Positions 1 to 9,353 of a stretch of 64,000 nt of DNA are shown here, piece after piece; the first letter of the stretch is position 1, and every line of letters begins with the position of its first letter. The DNA is from a bacterium (GTDB lineage: Bacteria > Zhuqueibacterota > Zhuqueibacteria > Residuimicrobiales > Krinioviventaceae), in contig OY843751.1 in NCBI GenBank assembly GCA_963693055.1, forward strand, positions 5,248,001 to 5,312,000, given 5' to 3'. The notes beneath the pieces were generated by a model. That model worked only from the letters and a program-made list of their open reading frames with translations, searched no databases and was not told where the DNA came from. Position numbers and translations under genes: made by a program.

Positions 1-2
1 AG

Positions 3-851
3 ATTACATCTTTGATTTCAGCATTTTGTCATCCACCACGGGAAGATGGTATTCAGATATGCTGCGAACTGATCTCGCTTGAAACCGGTCCCGAGGGAGA
101 AAAACATCTTCCCGGCACACTTTTGCCGTTACTATTGCCAGATCTGCCCGTATATTTATGGAGTGCCGATAACAGGGTGCTGAATCACCCAAATCTTGGA
201 CCATTTCAAAAAAATATAGAACGGACAATTCTCAACAGTCCGGCAACCTTTACAACTATAAAAGATTTTACACTGTTCCTGCGGCATACTTTATTTGCAG
301 CAGATGTAAGCAAAATCAGTGATCTGCAATGGGCCCGTCTCACAAACTGGCGCGAAACTATTGCAAGGCTGTTTGACGGTCAGAGTACCGCTAAATTATC
401 TCAAATTCGCCAGGTCAGGATCCTCTACTCTGGTAAAGATTTTTCAAGTACGGCTTTCTTTTTAGCGGGGTGGTTATCATCACGACTCGGCTGGCAGTTG
501 CAGGGAAAAAACCAAACAGGTTTAGTGTTTAGCACCAAAGATAAAACTATTGAACTTTTATTAAATAACCAAAATTCTGAAATACCAGTAGGTGATATTA
601 TATCTGTCGAGATTGAAACTGACACAGAAAAATGGATAATTAAAGCGCTTAAAAACGGAATAATGGTAGAATATTTACAAAACAATATCTCTATCAACAA
701 AGAAAAATGGGTTATGGAAAACCCTTCAACCTCCTGGCTTATAGGCAATGAACTGGATTTTGTAAGAGCGGATGATATCTATCTGGATGCAGTTAAAATA
801 CTGTTAAAACTTTTGGATACGGAACAAAGGAACAAACATGAAATCTATTAA
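3..851 (+). CDS. opcA: Glucose-6-phosphate dehydrogenase assembly protein OpcA (5'-truncated by window edge)
   Basis: Motifs LLLPDLPVYLW, SDLQWARLTNWRETIARLFD and LAGWLSSRLGW are typical of OpcA. It lies directly upstream of pgl, and the frame is open to the window start. Confidence 0.85.
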   Translation: MTSLISAFCHPPREDGIQICCELISLETGPEGEKHLPGTLLPLLLPDLPVYLWSADNRVLNHPNLGPFQKNIERTILNSPATFTTIKDFTLFLRHTLFAADVSKISDLQWARLTNWRETIARLFDGQSTAKLSQIRQVRILYSGKDFSSTAFFLAGWLSSRLGWQLQGKNQTGLVFSTKDKTIELLLNNQNSEIPVGDIISVEIETDTEKWIIKALKNGIMVEYLQNNISINKEKWVMENPSTSWLIGNELDFVRADDIYLDAVKILLKLLDTEQRNKHEIY

Positions 852-1572
852 AACGGAAATCTATAACGACAAAGATGAACTGGGTTATGAATCTGCAAGA
901 CTGTTTGCGGAGCTGGCTACCCGATATATTATTCAATTCGAAACCTTTAATGTTGCTTTGTCCGGAGGGTCAACTCCCAGGTTATTATTTCAGAACCTGT
1001 TAAAATATTATAAAAATTCTTTGGATTGGAATAAAATAAACTTTTTTTGGAGTGATGAAAGAGTTGTCCCCATTGACGATAGTGAAAGTAATGCGGGTAT
1101 GGCATTCACAGAGCTTTTTGATCCCCTGGAACAAGAGGAACTCAACATCTATCCTGTAGATACCTCGCTATCTCCTTCAGAAGAAGCTGCTGAAGCATAT
1201 GAACGCCTCATTTTAAGTATCCATCCGCCGCTTCAACCGGTTCCCCGGTTTGACCTCATCCTGCTCGGATTGGGTGATGATGGCCATACAGCATCTTTAT
1301 TTCCTGAGACTGAAGCATTACACGAAAACAGCAAGCTGATAGCTGCCAACTGGGTACCCAAATTTGAAAAATGGCGCATAACCTTTACCTTTCCATTGAT
1401 AAATTCAGCAAAAAACGTTATTTTCCTTGTATCCGGTGCTAACAAGGCTGAAATTGTGCGGGACATTTTTAACAATTCTAAGGAATACCCCGCGGCCCAG
1501 GTATCCCCTGTTGATGGGGTATTGACCTGGCTTTTAGATAAAGATGCTGGAAAATATTTAGAAAACCAATGA
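838..1572 (+). CDS. pgl: 6-phosphogluconolactonase
   Basis: ALSGGSTP, FFWSDERVVP..SN, FDLILLGLGDDGHTASLFP, RITFTFPLIN. Confidence 0.95.
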   Translation: MKSIKTEIYNDKDELGYESARLFAELATRYIIQFETFNVALSGGSTPRLLFQNLLKYYKNSLDWNKINFFWSDERVVPIDDSESNAGMAFTELFDPLEQEELNIYPVDTSLSPSEEAAEAYERLILSIHPPLQPVPRFDLILLGLGDDGHTASLFPETEALHENSKLIAANWVPKFEKWRITFTFPLINSAKNVIFLVSGANKAEIVRDIFNNSKEYPAAQVSPVDGVLTWLLDKDAGKYLENQ

Positions 1573-1587
1573 CAACAAGGCGAACCC

Positions 1588-2505
1588 ATGTCCCAAATCA
1601 CTCAAGATCTTATACATGTAGCAGATGAAATCGTCGCAACATATGACAAATTCGGAGGCATCAACAAACTGGATGGAGCCAACTTGCCAACTTTGCAGCA
1701 TGTTGTTGAAATTCTGGATGACTTTATGCAGATCCTGTTTCCCGGTTTTTTTGGTAAACGTATGCCGGCACGAGCAAATATTTCTTTTTTTGTGCAAAGT
1801 GCGATAGATACTTTATATCTGCGTTGTACCGATGAGATTTGCCGGGCTTGCGAATTCGCCCGCAAAAAAGAACAAATGAGCCCCTTTTGCCAAGACTGTT
1901 CAGAGCAAGCAGCGCTTGATTTGATTAAAAGGATCCCGGAAATCCGTACACGTTTAAAGATGGACATTCGGGCCGGTCTTGATGGCGATCCCGCTGCACA
2001 GTCTACCGAAGAGGTTATTTTATGCTATCCCTTTGTTTACGCAATAGCAACCCATCGTATTGCGCATGAATTGTACAAAATGGCGGTGCCCCTCATCCCC
2101 AGAATGATGTCTGAATGGGCACACCGTCGAACAAGTATAGATATTCATCCGGGTGCGTCAATCGGCAACCGTTTTTTTATCGATCATGGAACAGGTGTGG
2201 TTATTGGTGAAACCACAGAAATTGGTGATGACGTTAAAATCTATCAGGGGGTAACCCTGGGTGCGTTAAGCATTAAAAAAAATCAGGATGGTACCGCAGT
2301 CAAGGGCGGCAAACGTCACCCCACCATTGAAGACCGGGTAACTATCTATTCAGGAGCTACTATACTCGGTGGAGAAACAGTTATCGGGCACGATTCTACC
2401 ATAGGCGCCAATACCTGGATCACAGCACCCGTGGCACCTAATTCTCTGGTAACATTTCAGGACAAGCAAAACACGCAAACAAGACCCAAACCTAAAAGTC
2501 GTTAA
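1588..2505 (+). CDS. cysE: Serine O-acetyltransferase (long EpsC-type)
   Basis: [41 protein letters not shown] hexapeptide-repeat region. Confidence 0.93.
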   Translation: MSQITQDLIHVADEIVATYDKFGGINKLDGANLPTLQHVVEILDDFMQILFPGFFGKRMPARANISFFVQSAIDTLYLRCTDEICRACEFARKKEQMSPFCQDCSEQAALDLIKRIPEIRTRLKMDIRAGLDGDPAAQSTEEVILCYPFVYAIATHRIAHELYKMAVPLIPRMMSEWAHRRTSIDIHPGASIGNRFFIDHGTGVVIGETTEIGDDVKIYQGVTLGALSIKKNQDGTAVKGGKRHPTIEDRVTIYSGATILGGETVIGHDSTIGANTWITAPVAPNSLVTFQDKQNTQTRPKPKSR

Positions 2506-2524
2506 CCAAACAAACGAGGTAACG

Positions 2525-3613
2525 ATGGCTATTTTGTTTAACAAAGCCTTTTCCAAACATGAACTCCTTCACCGTGTTGGAGACATGTCTCAAATTGCAG
2601 GAGTACATCCTGTAGAATTTACCGAAGGCAAAGAACGTGGTATTCGGGCATTACGCTTTTATACTGGCAGCGGTTTCCAATTTACGGTATTGATTGACCG
2701 CGCTATGGATATTTTCGACGCATCTTTTAACGGTGCCTCTATCTGCTGGCACTCTTCCGCAGGCCCCACCGGACCAGAATATTATGATCCCCGCGAAAAG
2801 AACTGGCTATGGTCTTTTGCCGGTGGCTTATTGACCACCTGTGGTTTACAAAATGCCGGCGACCCCGCAGACGAAGACAACCAGCATTACGGATTGCACG
2901 GCAGAATTGCAAACACACCTGCAAAATCAGTATCCTGGGGAACAGATTGGGAGCAAAATGACTATGTGCTTTGGGCCGCGGGTACGGTTCGCGAGTCCCG
3001 GCTTTTTGGCCCCAATCTGGTGCTCAAACGCAGTATTCATGCAAAGCTGGGTCAATCCAAAATTTGGATACAGGACGAGATTGAAAACCAGGGCTATGAA
3101 GAATCTGAACTCATGCTGGTTTATCATTACAATATGGGTTTTCCCGTAGTCGATACAGGTTCTGAACTGTTGGCGGTAATAGAAGACCTGGAACCATTTA
3201 ATAAAAATGCCCAAAACGGCATAGACACTTTTGATGTATATGAAGAACCCATTGCTGGGATTAGTGAACAATGCTTTAGCATTGAACAGGATGTAGATGA
3301 AAATGGCATTGTAAACGTTGCTATTGTAAACCGTCAGTTCAACAACAACCAGGGAATTGGCGTCTATCTTGCCTACCCCAAGGCAGAACTGCCACGTTAC
3401 ACACAATGGAAAATGATGGGACAAGGCAATTATGTAGTGGGCATGGAACCGGGAACCTGTCTTCCCGAAGGCCGGAAAACCGCCCGCAAACGGGGCGATC
3501 TGATCAATCTTTTGCCCGGTGGCAAAATCATCACCCACATGGAAATCGGGGTGCTGGAATCGAACAATGATATTCGTTCATTTGAATCCAAACTAAGAGG
3601 AATGGACCTTTAA
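2525..3613 (+). CDS. Aldose 1-epimerase family protein (DUF4432 / DeoM-like)
   Basis: DRAMDI, F.GGLLTTCGL, LHGRIANTPA, YHYNMGFP, GMEPGT. Confidence 0.8.
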   Translation: MAILFNKAFSKHELLHRVGDMSQIAGVHPVEFTEGKERGIRALRFYTGSGFQFTVLIDRAMDIFDASFNGASICWHSSAGPTGPEYYDPREKNWLWSFAGGLLTTCGLQNAGDPADEDNQHYGLHGRIANTPAKSVSWGTDWEQNDYVLWAAGTVRESRLFGPNLVLKRSIHAKLGQSKIWIQDEIENQGYEESELMLVYHYNMGFPVVDTGSELLAVIEDLEPFNKNAQNGIDTFDVYEEPIAGISEQCFSIEQDVDENGIVNVAIVNRQFNNNQGIGVYLAYPKAELPRYTQWKMMGQGNYVVGMEPGTCLPEGRKTARKRGDLINLLPGGKIITHMEIGVLESNNDIRSFESKLRGMDL

Positions 3614-4537
3614 ATGTTACAGGTAAATGATCTTGTAAAAAAATTCAATGGCAAAACCGCTGTTGATCATGTATCTTTTCATGTCAATCGGGGTGAAATC
3701 TTTGGATTCCTGGGCCCCAATGGCGCAGGCAAAACTACCACAATTAACATGATCTGCTCTTTACTTAAACCCGATCAGGGCACCATCCTTTTAGACGGAC
3801 ATGATTTGTACAACAGTAAAAAAGCCCGTTCAAAAATGGGTGTGGTACCGCAAGACATTGCCCTTTATGAAGACCTCTCTGCCAGAGACAATCTTGCATT
3901 TTGGGGAAAACTGTATGGCATGAAAGGGATTTCTCTAAATGCCAGAATACAGGAACTGCTTGACTTTTTCGAACTTGCTGAACGGTCAAAAGAAAAGATC
4001 AAAAACTTTTCCGGAGGAATGAAACGCAGGCTCAACCTGGCAGCGGGTATTATCCATCGTCCGGAATTACTGCTGCTTGACGAACCCACCGTAGGTATCG
4101 ATCCACAAGCCAGAAAGCATATCCTGGAAGCAGTAAAAAGCATTGCCGAGTCCGGAACGACTATTATCTATACAACACACTATCTCGACGAAGCAGAAAA
4201 ACTCTGTGACAGTCTCGCAATTATCGATCATGGTAAAATGCTAACCACCGGTACGCTTGAAGATATTGTAAAAATTGTCGGTGAAAACCGTTTATTAAAA
4301 ATCAATGGCACCTTTTCAGCCGAAATTGCAGAATCATTAACAGACAAGGTTGAAGCCTTGTCAATAATATCGGTAACAGATAACCAGGTACTCTATAGCC
4401 TGCCATCAAAATACGGGACCGGGCAATTTATTGAAATGCTTACAAGTACCGGAATTCAAATAGAAAACCTCTCTATCAAAGAGCCAAGCCTTGATTCTGT
4501 ATTTATCAAATTAACCGGCAGGGAGTTGAGAGATTGA
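3614..4537 (+). CDS. ABC-2 exporter ATP-binding subunit (LnrL/YfiL-like)
   Basis: Walker A GPNGAGKTT, signature FSGGMKRR, Walker B LLLLDEPT, H-loop TTHY. Confidence 0.93.
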   Translation: MLQVNDLVKKFNGKTAVDHVSFHVNRGEIFGFLGPNGAGKTTTINMICSLLKPDQGTILLDGHDLYNSKKARSKMGVVPQDIALYEDLSARDNLAFWGKLYGMKGISLNARIQELLDFFELAERSKEKIKNFSGGMKRRLNLAAGIIHRPELLLLDEPTVGIDPQARKHILEAVKSIAESGTTIIYTTHYLDEAEKLCDSLAIIDHGKMLTTGTLEDIVKIVGENRLLKINGTFSAEIAESLTDKVEALSIISVTDNQVLYSLPSKYGTGQFIEMLTSTGIQIENLSIKEPSLDSVFIKLTGRELRD

Positions 4538-5781
4538 TTAGCGCATTAATCATCAAAGATTTGAAACGCAAGATTGGTAATCCTGTTGGGTTCTTGTTAC
4601 TTATGGCCATCCCGCTGGTGTTTACCTTTATTATGGGTGCCGTGTTCTCAACTTCGGATGAAACGGCTACACTACCCAAAATTGACCTGCTGATAGAAGA
4701 CCATGACGACAGCTTTATTTCTCAATTATTTACCGGTTCCTTTCAACATGGTGAACTGGCTAACATGTTTGCACCTAAATTTATCGGTCAGGATTCCGGT
4801 AAAATATTAATGGATGCGGGCAAAGCATCCGCACTCTTGATCATACCGGAAGGATTTCAGGATTCATTATCCAATAATAAAAGCTGTACAGTCAAACTGA
4901 TAAAAAATCCTTCTCAGGCATTTTTACCTAAAATAGTCTATGAAACCACCAGTATTCTTTGCGAAGGCACTGACAGACTCTTTCGTTTTGCTGGCCCTGA
5001 ATTTAACACCATCCAATCCATGCTGGATGCAGATCACTGGCCGGAATTGTCTGAATTGTCTGATCTTTATTTGAAATTCAAAGATACCATAGAAAAAATT
5101 GATGATTACCTATTCCCATTATTAATTAAGCTGGACAAGGAAACTGTTAATGCCCCCGAAACCGAAGAAAAAGAAGCGGGTAACGCGTTGTTTGCCTATA
5201 TATTAACAGGTATTGCGGTAATGGGTATATTCTTTGTTCTGGAAGCCCTGGGACGTGATTTCTTTCGTGAACGGGAACAATACACCCTGTTCAGAATCGC
5301 ATCAAGTCCTGTGGGCATGCACCGTTATTTGCTATCCAAGCTTTTATTCCTGTTCATATCGGGATGTATTGCTTATTTCATTGTATGGATCATTGGTGTT
5401 CTCTTGTTTGGGATCCGCATATCATTATCAGACCTGCCGGGATTTATCATTATATCAATTCTCCTGTTGGCATCTCTGTCTGGGGTAGTTGCGTTTTTGT
5501 TTTCAATAGCAAAATCCCGTGCTGCCGGTTCCCAAATCAATCCGGCGGTTATTATCTTTTTCAGCATGCTGGGTGGTGGCATGGTTCCCTTGCGTGCATT
5601 ACCCGACTTTATTCAAAGGATTGCTGTAATATCACCGGTATATTGGGGTGTAGAGGGATTACAAAAAATCATACTCGACCATCAATCTTTTAGTCATTTT
5701 CAACTCAATATCTGGATTTTGCTGGGTTTAACAATACTTTTTAATTCAATTGCATTCATTGGCTTTAACAAAAAGTTCTGA
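4534..5781 (+). CDS. ABC-2 exporter permease
   Basis: N-terminal TM, large extracytoplasmic loop, about 5 C-terminal TMs, GGGMVP motif. Overlaps the ATPase stop codon. Confidence 0.85.
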   Translation: MISALIIKDLKRKIGNPVGFLLLMAIPLVFTFIMGAVFSTSDETATLPKIDLLIEDHDDSFISQLFTGSFQHGELANMFAPKFIGQDSGKILMDAGKASALLIIPEGFQDSLSNNKSCTVKLIKNPSQAFLPKIVYETTSILCEGTDRLFRFAGPEFNTIQSMLDADHWPELSELSDLYLKFKDTIEKIDDYLFPLLIKLDKETVNAPETEEKEAGNALFAYILTGIAVMGIFFVLEALGRDFFREREQYTLFRIASSPVGMHRYLLSKLLFLFISGCIAYFIVWIIGVLLFGIRISLSDLPGFIIISILLLASLSGVVAFLFSIAKSRAAGSQINPAVIIFFSMLGGGMVPLRALPDFIQRIAVISPVYWGVEGLQKIILDHQSFSHFQLNIWILLGLTILFNSIAFIGFNKKF

Positions 5782-5783
5782 TT

Positions 5784-6929
5784 ATGAGAATTATATTCAA
5801 CATCGCAAAACAACATGTAATGCTGCTGTTAAAAGACAAACTGGCTCTCATTTGGATGCTGATTGTTCCCTGTGTTTATATTCTGGTGTTTGGAAGCGCT
5901 TTTAATATGAATTCTGACAGGTCTGGTTATAAAGCATCGCTGGGAATCTATAATCAGGATGCCGGTTTCCTATCAAAGCACCTGTTGCAATCTCTCGAAT
6001 CAGAGAATTTAAAAATTACCATGCTGGAAACCGAACCGATAGAGCCCCCTTCCAGATACCTGATAATTCCCCCCCATTTCACTGACAGTCTTTTGAATAA
6101 AACCAAGGTAAAACTCGCTTTTAAAAACAAACAGGATGCAGATATAGAGGCCAAAGCAGCCGCAGAAATTGCCGTACAAAAAGCATATTTGCGTTTACTG
6201 GCAAACATGAGTGAACTGGCAAAAGATGATAAAGCAATTACCTCAGAAAATATTACGATACTCGAGAACAGAAAACCACTGGTTAACCTTGAGTCATCTC
6301 TAGCAGGTAAACATGTTACTATCCCCACAGGTTTCAACCAGCAGGTGCCCGCCAACATTGTAATGATTACCATGCTGATAGGATTCATTTATGCCTCAAA
6401 CACGCTGGTAGAAGAACGACGAAACGGTATCCTCCGAAAGGTTAAAATCGCACCCATTTCATTCAATCAATTATATCTTGGCAAACTCCTGGGTGTAACC
6501 AGCATTGCTATGCTGCAAATTGTTTTACTATTGGCTATAGGTAGAATAGTGTTTGGGGTCTATTTTGGCAATGATATTCCTGCGCTGATTCTGTTATTGA
6601 TCGGATATGCGGTAACGGTTGGCTCGTTTGGGTTGTGTTTGGGATTCATGGTCAAAGATGAAGAAAAAGTAACTTCAATTTCCGTAATCCTTGCAATTTC
6701 CATGTCAGCAATAAGCGGTTGCTGGTGGCCCATAGAAATTACACCCTCATGGATGCAGCATATGGCAATGTTTCTCCCCCCGGGAATCACCCTAAAGGCT
6801 TTACACGAACTGATCTCATTCGGTAACGGGATCAAAGAAATCTGGCCGTTTATTCTTGGCATTTCAGCTTATGGCACAGTGTTTTCATTACTGGCGGCAC
6901 GTTTTTTATCACGCGTATTTAATGACTAA
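5784..6929 (+). CDS. ABC-2 exporter permease
   Basis: Same topology as the previous gene; EERRNG and SGCWWPIE motifs. Confidence 0.85.
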   Translation: MRIIFNIAKQHVMLLLKDKLALIWMLIVPCVYILVFGSAFNMNSDRSGYKASLGIYNQDAGFLSKHLLQSLESENLKITMLETEPIEPPSRYLIIPPHFTDSLLNKTKVKLAFKNKQDADIEAKAAAEIAVQKAYLRLLANMSELAKDDKAITSENITILENRKPLVNLESSLAGKHVTIPTGFNQQVPANIVMITMLIGFIYASNTLVEERRNGILRKVKIAPISFNQLYLGKLLGVTSIAMLQIVLLLAIGRIVFGVYFGNDIPALILLLIGYAVTVGSFGLCLGFMVKDEEKVTSISVILAISMSAISGCWWPIEITPSWMQHMAMFLPPGITLKALHELISFGNGIKEIWPFILGISAYGTVFSLLAARFLSRVFND

Positions 6930-8401
6930 CGTATAAAATACCCCAGTTTTATACCAATACCCGGCGTAGGAGCCAGAAAAAACATGCTGCTTACCTGGTA
7001 TTGTTTGGCTACAAAAAAAGCAAATTTCATACTTGCGGCTGGTATCCAGTAACTGTCTCTGCTGGTTTCCTCTCCTGCTTTTTCCTGCACCAGATCTGCA
7101 TTCAATCCGCTAAGCGCAAGCTCAAAAATACCCGCAGAGAAAATAAAATTCAAACCATAATTCATATATGCAAAATAGGTTTCATCCAGAAATTCATAGC
7201 CAAATGTATTAAAATATTTACGGAACTCAAGAGTTGTTTCCACTGATCGTCCCTGGTATGATGCCTGCATACCGAGCGAGGAAGGAAAGGTCATCATAAA
7301 ATGGTCGGTGGTTTCATTATCAATGGGTTTTGTCAAAGTCAGTTTTGCCAGATCCAATTGTGTAGCGTCAACCAGATCCTCTTCCTCAGCACCGTCTTCA
7401 TCATCACCAATCAGAGCATCTACATTCAAACCGGGGATCTTGTACTGTTCAATTTCCATATTTCCGGTCATCTCTACATCCGATTGCCAGTCATAATCCA
7501 ATCCAAAAACAAAAGATTTGCCGGCTTTAAACAATGCGCCAAACTGGGCATTCATGGCGGAGCCGTGAAAATCCGCAAACATACTCTGTCCCAATTTGTT
7601 GGTCTCTCCCGCTTCAAAATCAATACGGGGATCGTACGGATCATTAAAAACATATTCGGTACCGGCAGTTTCCATAATACCATCCATTTTTACTTCGTTG
7701 GTAGAATAAGAACGCATGCGTGTCTGCCCGATCTTGAGTCCCAAAGAAACGGATGGATGTACGGTTTGTGCCAAACCAAATTGATATTTTGTAGCACGGA
7801 CTTCCAGTTCTGATTGAATAAGCGCATTCATCCGAATTTTAATGATCTTTTTCTGATCACCCACATCTTTATGGGTTTCAATCAGAGTTTCAAAACCATC
7901 ATTATCCGCTGTTAAATTCATATAAAAAGGCTGACCAATATCAAAACTGAAAACGGTTATATTATTATGGTGTTTTACAGGCAGTACAAATTGAGCGCCA
8001 TATAATCCACCTTTGTGGTTTATTTTTGCACCCAAAGTAGGGTAATCCAACACAGTATCTTCGGTCCTGTAATCTACTATCGCATCGTCAAGTTCATCCG
8101 CAATGGTCTTGTTGATATCTTCATAGCTTGAAGGATCAATCCACAATGGCGGCATTAAATTCATACTCACATAGGTTTGTTTAAATGTAGCCATACTAGC
8201 AGGGTTTGACCAAACATCCCAAACCTGGGGAGATTTATAGCCCATGCCTAAACCATGTCCTGAGATCATCTGCGAATAATAAGAAAACCGGACCTCTGTG
8301 TTTCCTCCGCGTAAAAACGCAATTTGGTTTTCCGGCTCTTCCTGCGATAAACAGGCAACTGTTGATAACAATATTATACTATATATAAAAAACCTTTTCA
8401 T
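6926..8401 (-). CDS. Putative outer-membrane beta-barrel protein (distantly FadL/PorV-like)
   Basis: Signal peptide, early WSNPASM motif, amphipathic strands, C-terminal IKLGYF. ATG 8401 is preferred to TTG 8407. Confidence 0.6.
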   Translation of the reverse strand: MKRFFIYSIILLSTVACLSQEEPENQIAFLRGGNTEVRFSYYSQMISGHGLGMGYKSPQVWDVWSNPASMATFKQTYVSMNLMPPLWIDPSSYEDINKTIADELDDAIVDYRTEDTVLDYPTLGAKINHKGGLYGAQFVLPVKHHNNITVFSFDIGQPFYMNLTADNDGFETLIETHKDVGDQKKIIKIRMNALIQSELEVRATKYQFGLAQTVHPSVSLGLKIGQTRMRSYSTNEVKMDGIMETAGTEYVFNDPYDPRIDFEAGETNKLGQSMFADFHGSAMNAQFGALFKAGKSFVFGLDYDWQSDVEMTGNMEIEQYKIPGLNVDALIGDDEDGAEEEDLVDATQLDLAKLTLTKPIDNETTDHFMMTFPSSLGMQASYQGRSVETTLEFRKYFNTFGYEFLDETYFAYMNYGLNFIFSAGIFELALSGLNADLVQEKAGEETSRDSYWIPAASMKFAFFVAKQYQVSSMFFLAPTPGIGIKLGYFIR

Positions 8402-8417
8402 GCTCAATACCTTGTAA

Positions 8418-9335
8418 TTAATGTGTCAAAGATAATGATATTCTGGGTGTATGTGCAAAATCATTAAAGAGATAAGCAAAATCAAATTGTATGCCCATGG
8501 TACGGGTTGCAACATTCAATCCCATACCTACACTGTAATTCCGATTTTCAACCGCATCCATATTCTGCCACATTCCGCCTCTGCACATGATAACTTTGAA
8601 TAACGTCACTTCAGTACCCAAATGCAGCTTATCATTTACATCGTCATATAACGCTTTTTCCCAGTCAATAGACACGGTAGACTGGGTGTTGATGCGGTGC
8701 GCAATACCCATAATTAAACCCGCCGGAACACTTTCAGAATAACTCGTGCCCAACGTATTATTGTTATATGTCATTGAATTCAAAATGTCTCTGGCAAAAA
8801 TACCAATCCGGGTACGTTTGTGGATTTGCCACATAAAGCCCAAATCCATCCCGGCACCATCGGCACTGCCCTGGATCCGGTTCTCGCCTCCGTCTTCATT
8901 ATTGCCAAAACTGGAATGACGGTAACGTACATTCAAACCAACGCCGGTATTTCCCAGTAAAGGGAGTTTGTATACCGCGGCATAACTGGTAATAAATGTT
9001 GTTTCACGTAATACATCGTTGCCGGAGGTAATAAACCCTGCCGCGACATTGTGAAAACCAAATCGGTGAGAATACGCGCCCAAACCATAGGGTATTAAAC
9101 CATATTGTTTGGTATACATAACGGTCAGTTGGTTATTCCTCATCAGGGTCAAGCCTGCAGGATTCCAGAAAACCGAGTTCACATCATCGCTCATTGCTGT
9201 ATACGCCCCGCCCATACCCATCGGTCTTGCACCATAGCCAATATCTACAAAGGCTGCGGGAATATCTGCCAGCACCAGACTACTGATACCAACTATACAG
9301 ATAAAAATGATCATAAATTTGTTCATATTTTTCAT
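8418..9335 (-). CDS. PorV/PorQ-family outer-membrane beta-barrel
   Basis: Signal peptide, then FVDIGYGARPMGMGGAYTAMSDDVNSVFWNPAGL (family hallmark); ends FDFAY...RISL. Confidence 0.8.
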   Translation of the reverse strand: MKNMNKFMIIFICIVGISSLVLADIPAAFVDIGYGARPMGMGGAYTAMSDDVNSVFWNPAGLTLMRNNQLTVMYTKQYGLIPYGLGAYSHRFGFHNVAAGFITSGNDVLRETTFITSYAAVYKLPLLGNTGVGLNVRYRHSSFGNNEDGGENRIQGSADGAGMDLGFMWQIHKRTRIGIFARDILNSMTYNNNTLGTSYSESVPAGLIMGIAHRINTQSTVSIDWEKALYDDVNDKLHLGTEVTLFKVIMCRGGMWQNMDAVENRNYSVGMGLNVATRTMGIQFDFAYLFNDFAHTPRISLSLTH

Positions 9336-9353
9336 ACCGTTATCTCGTTTATT

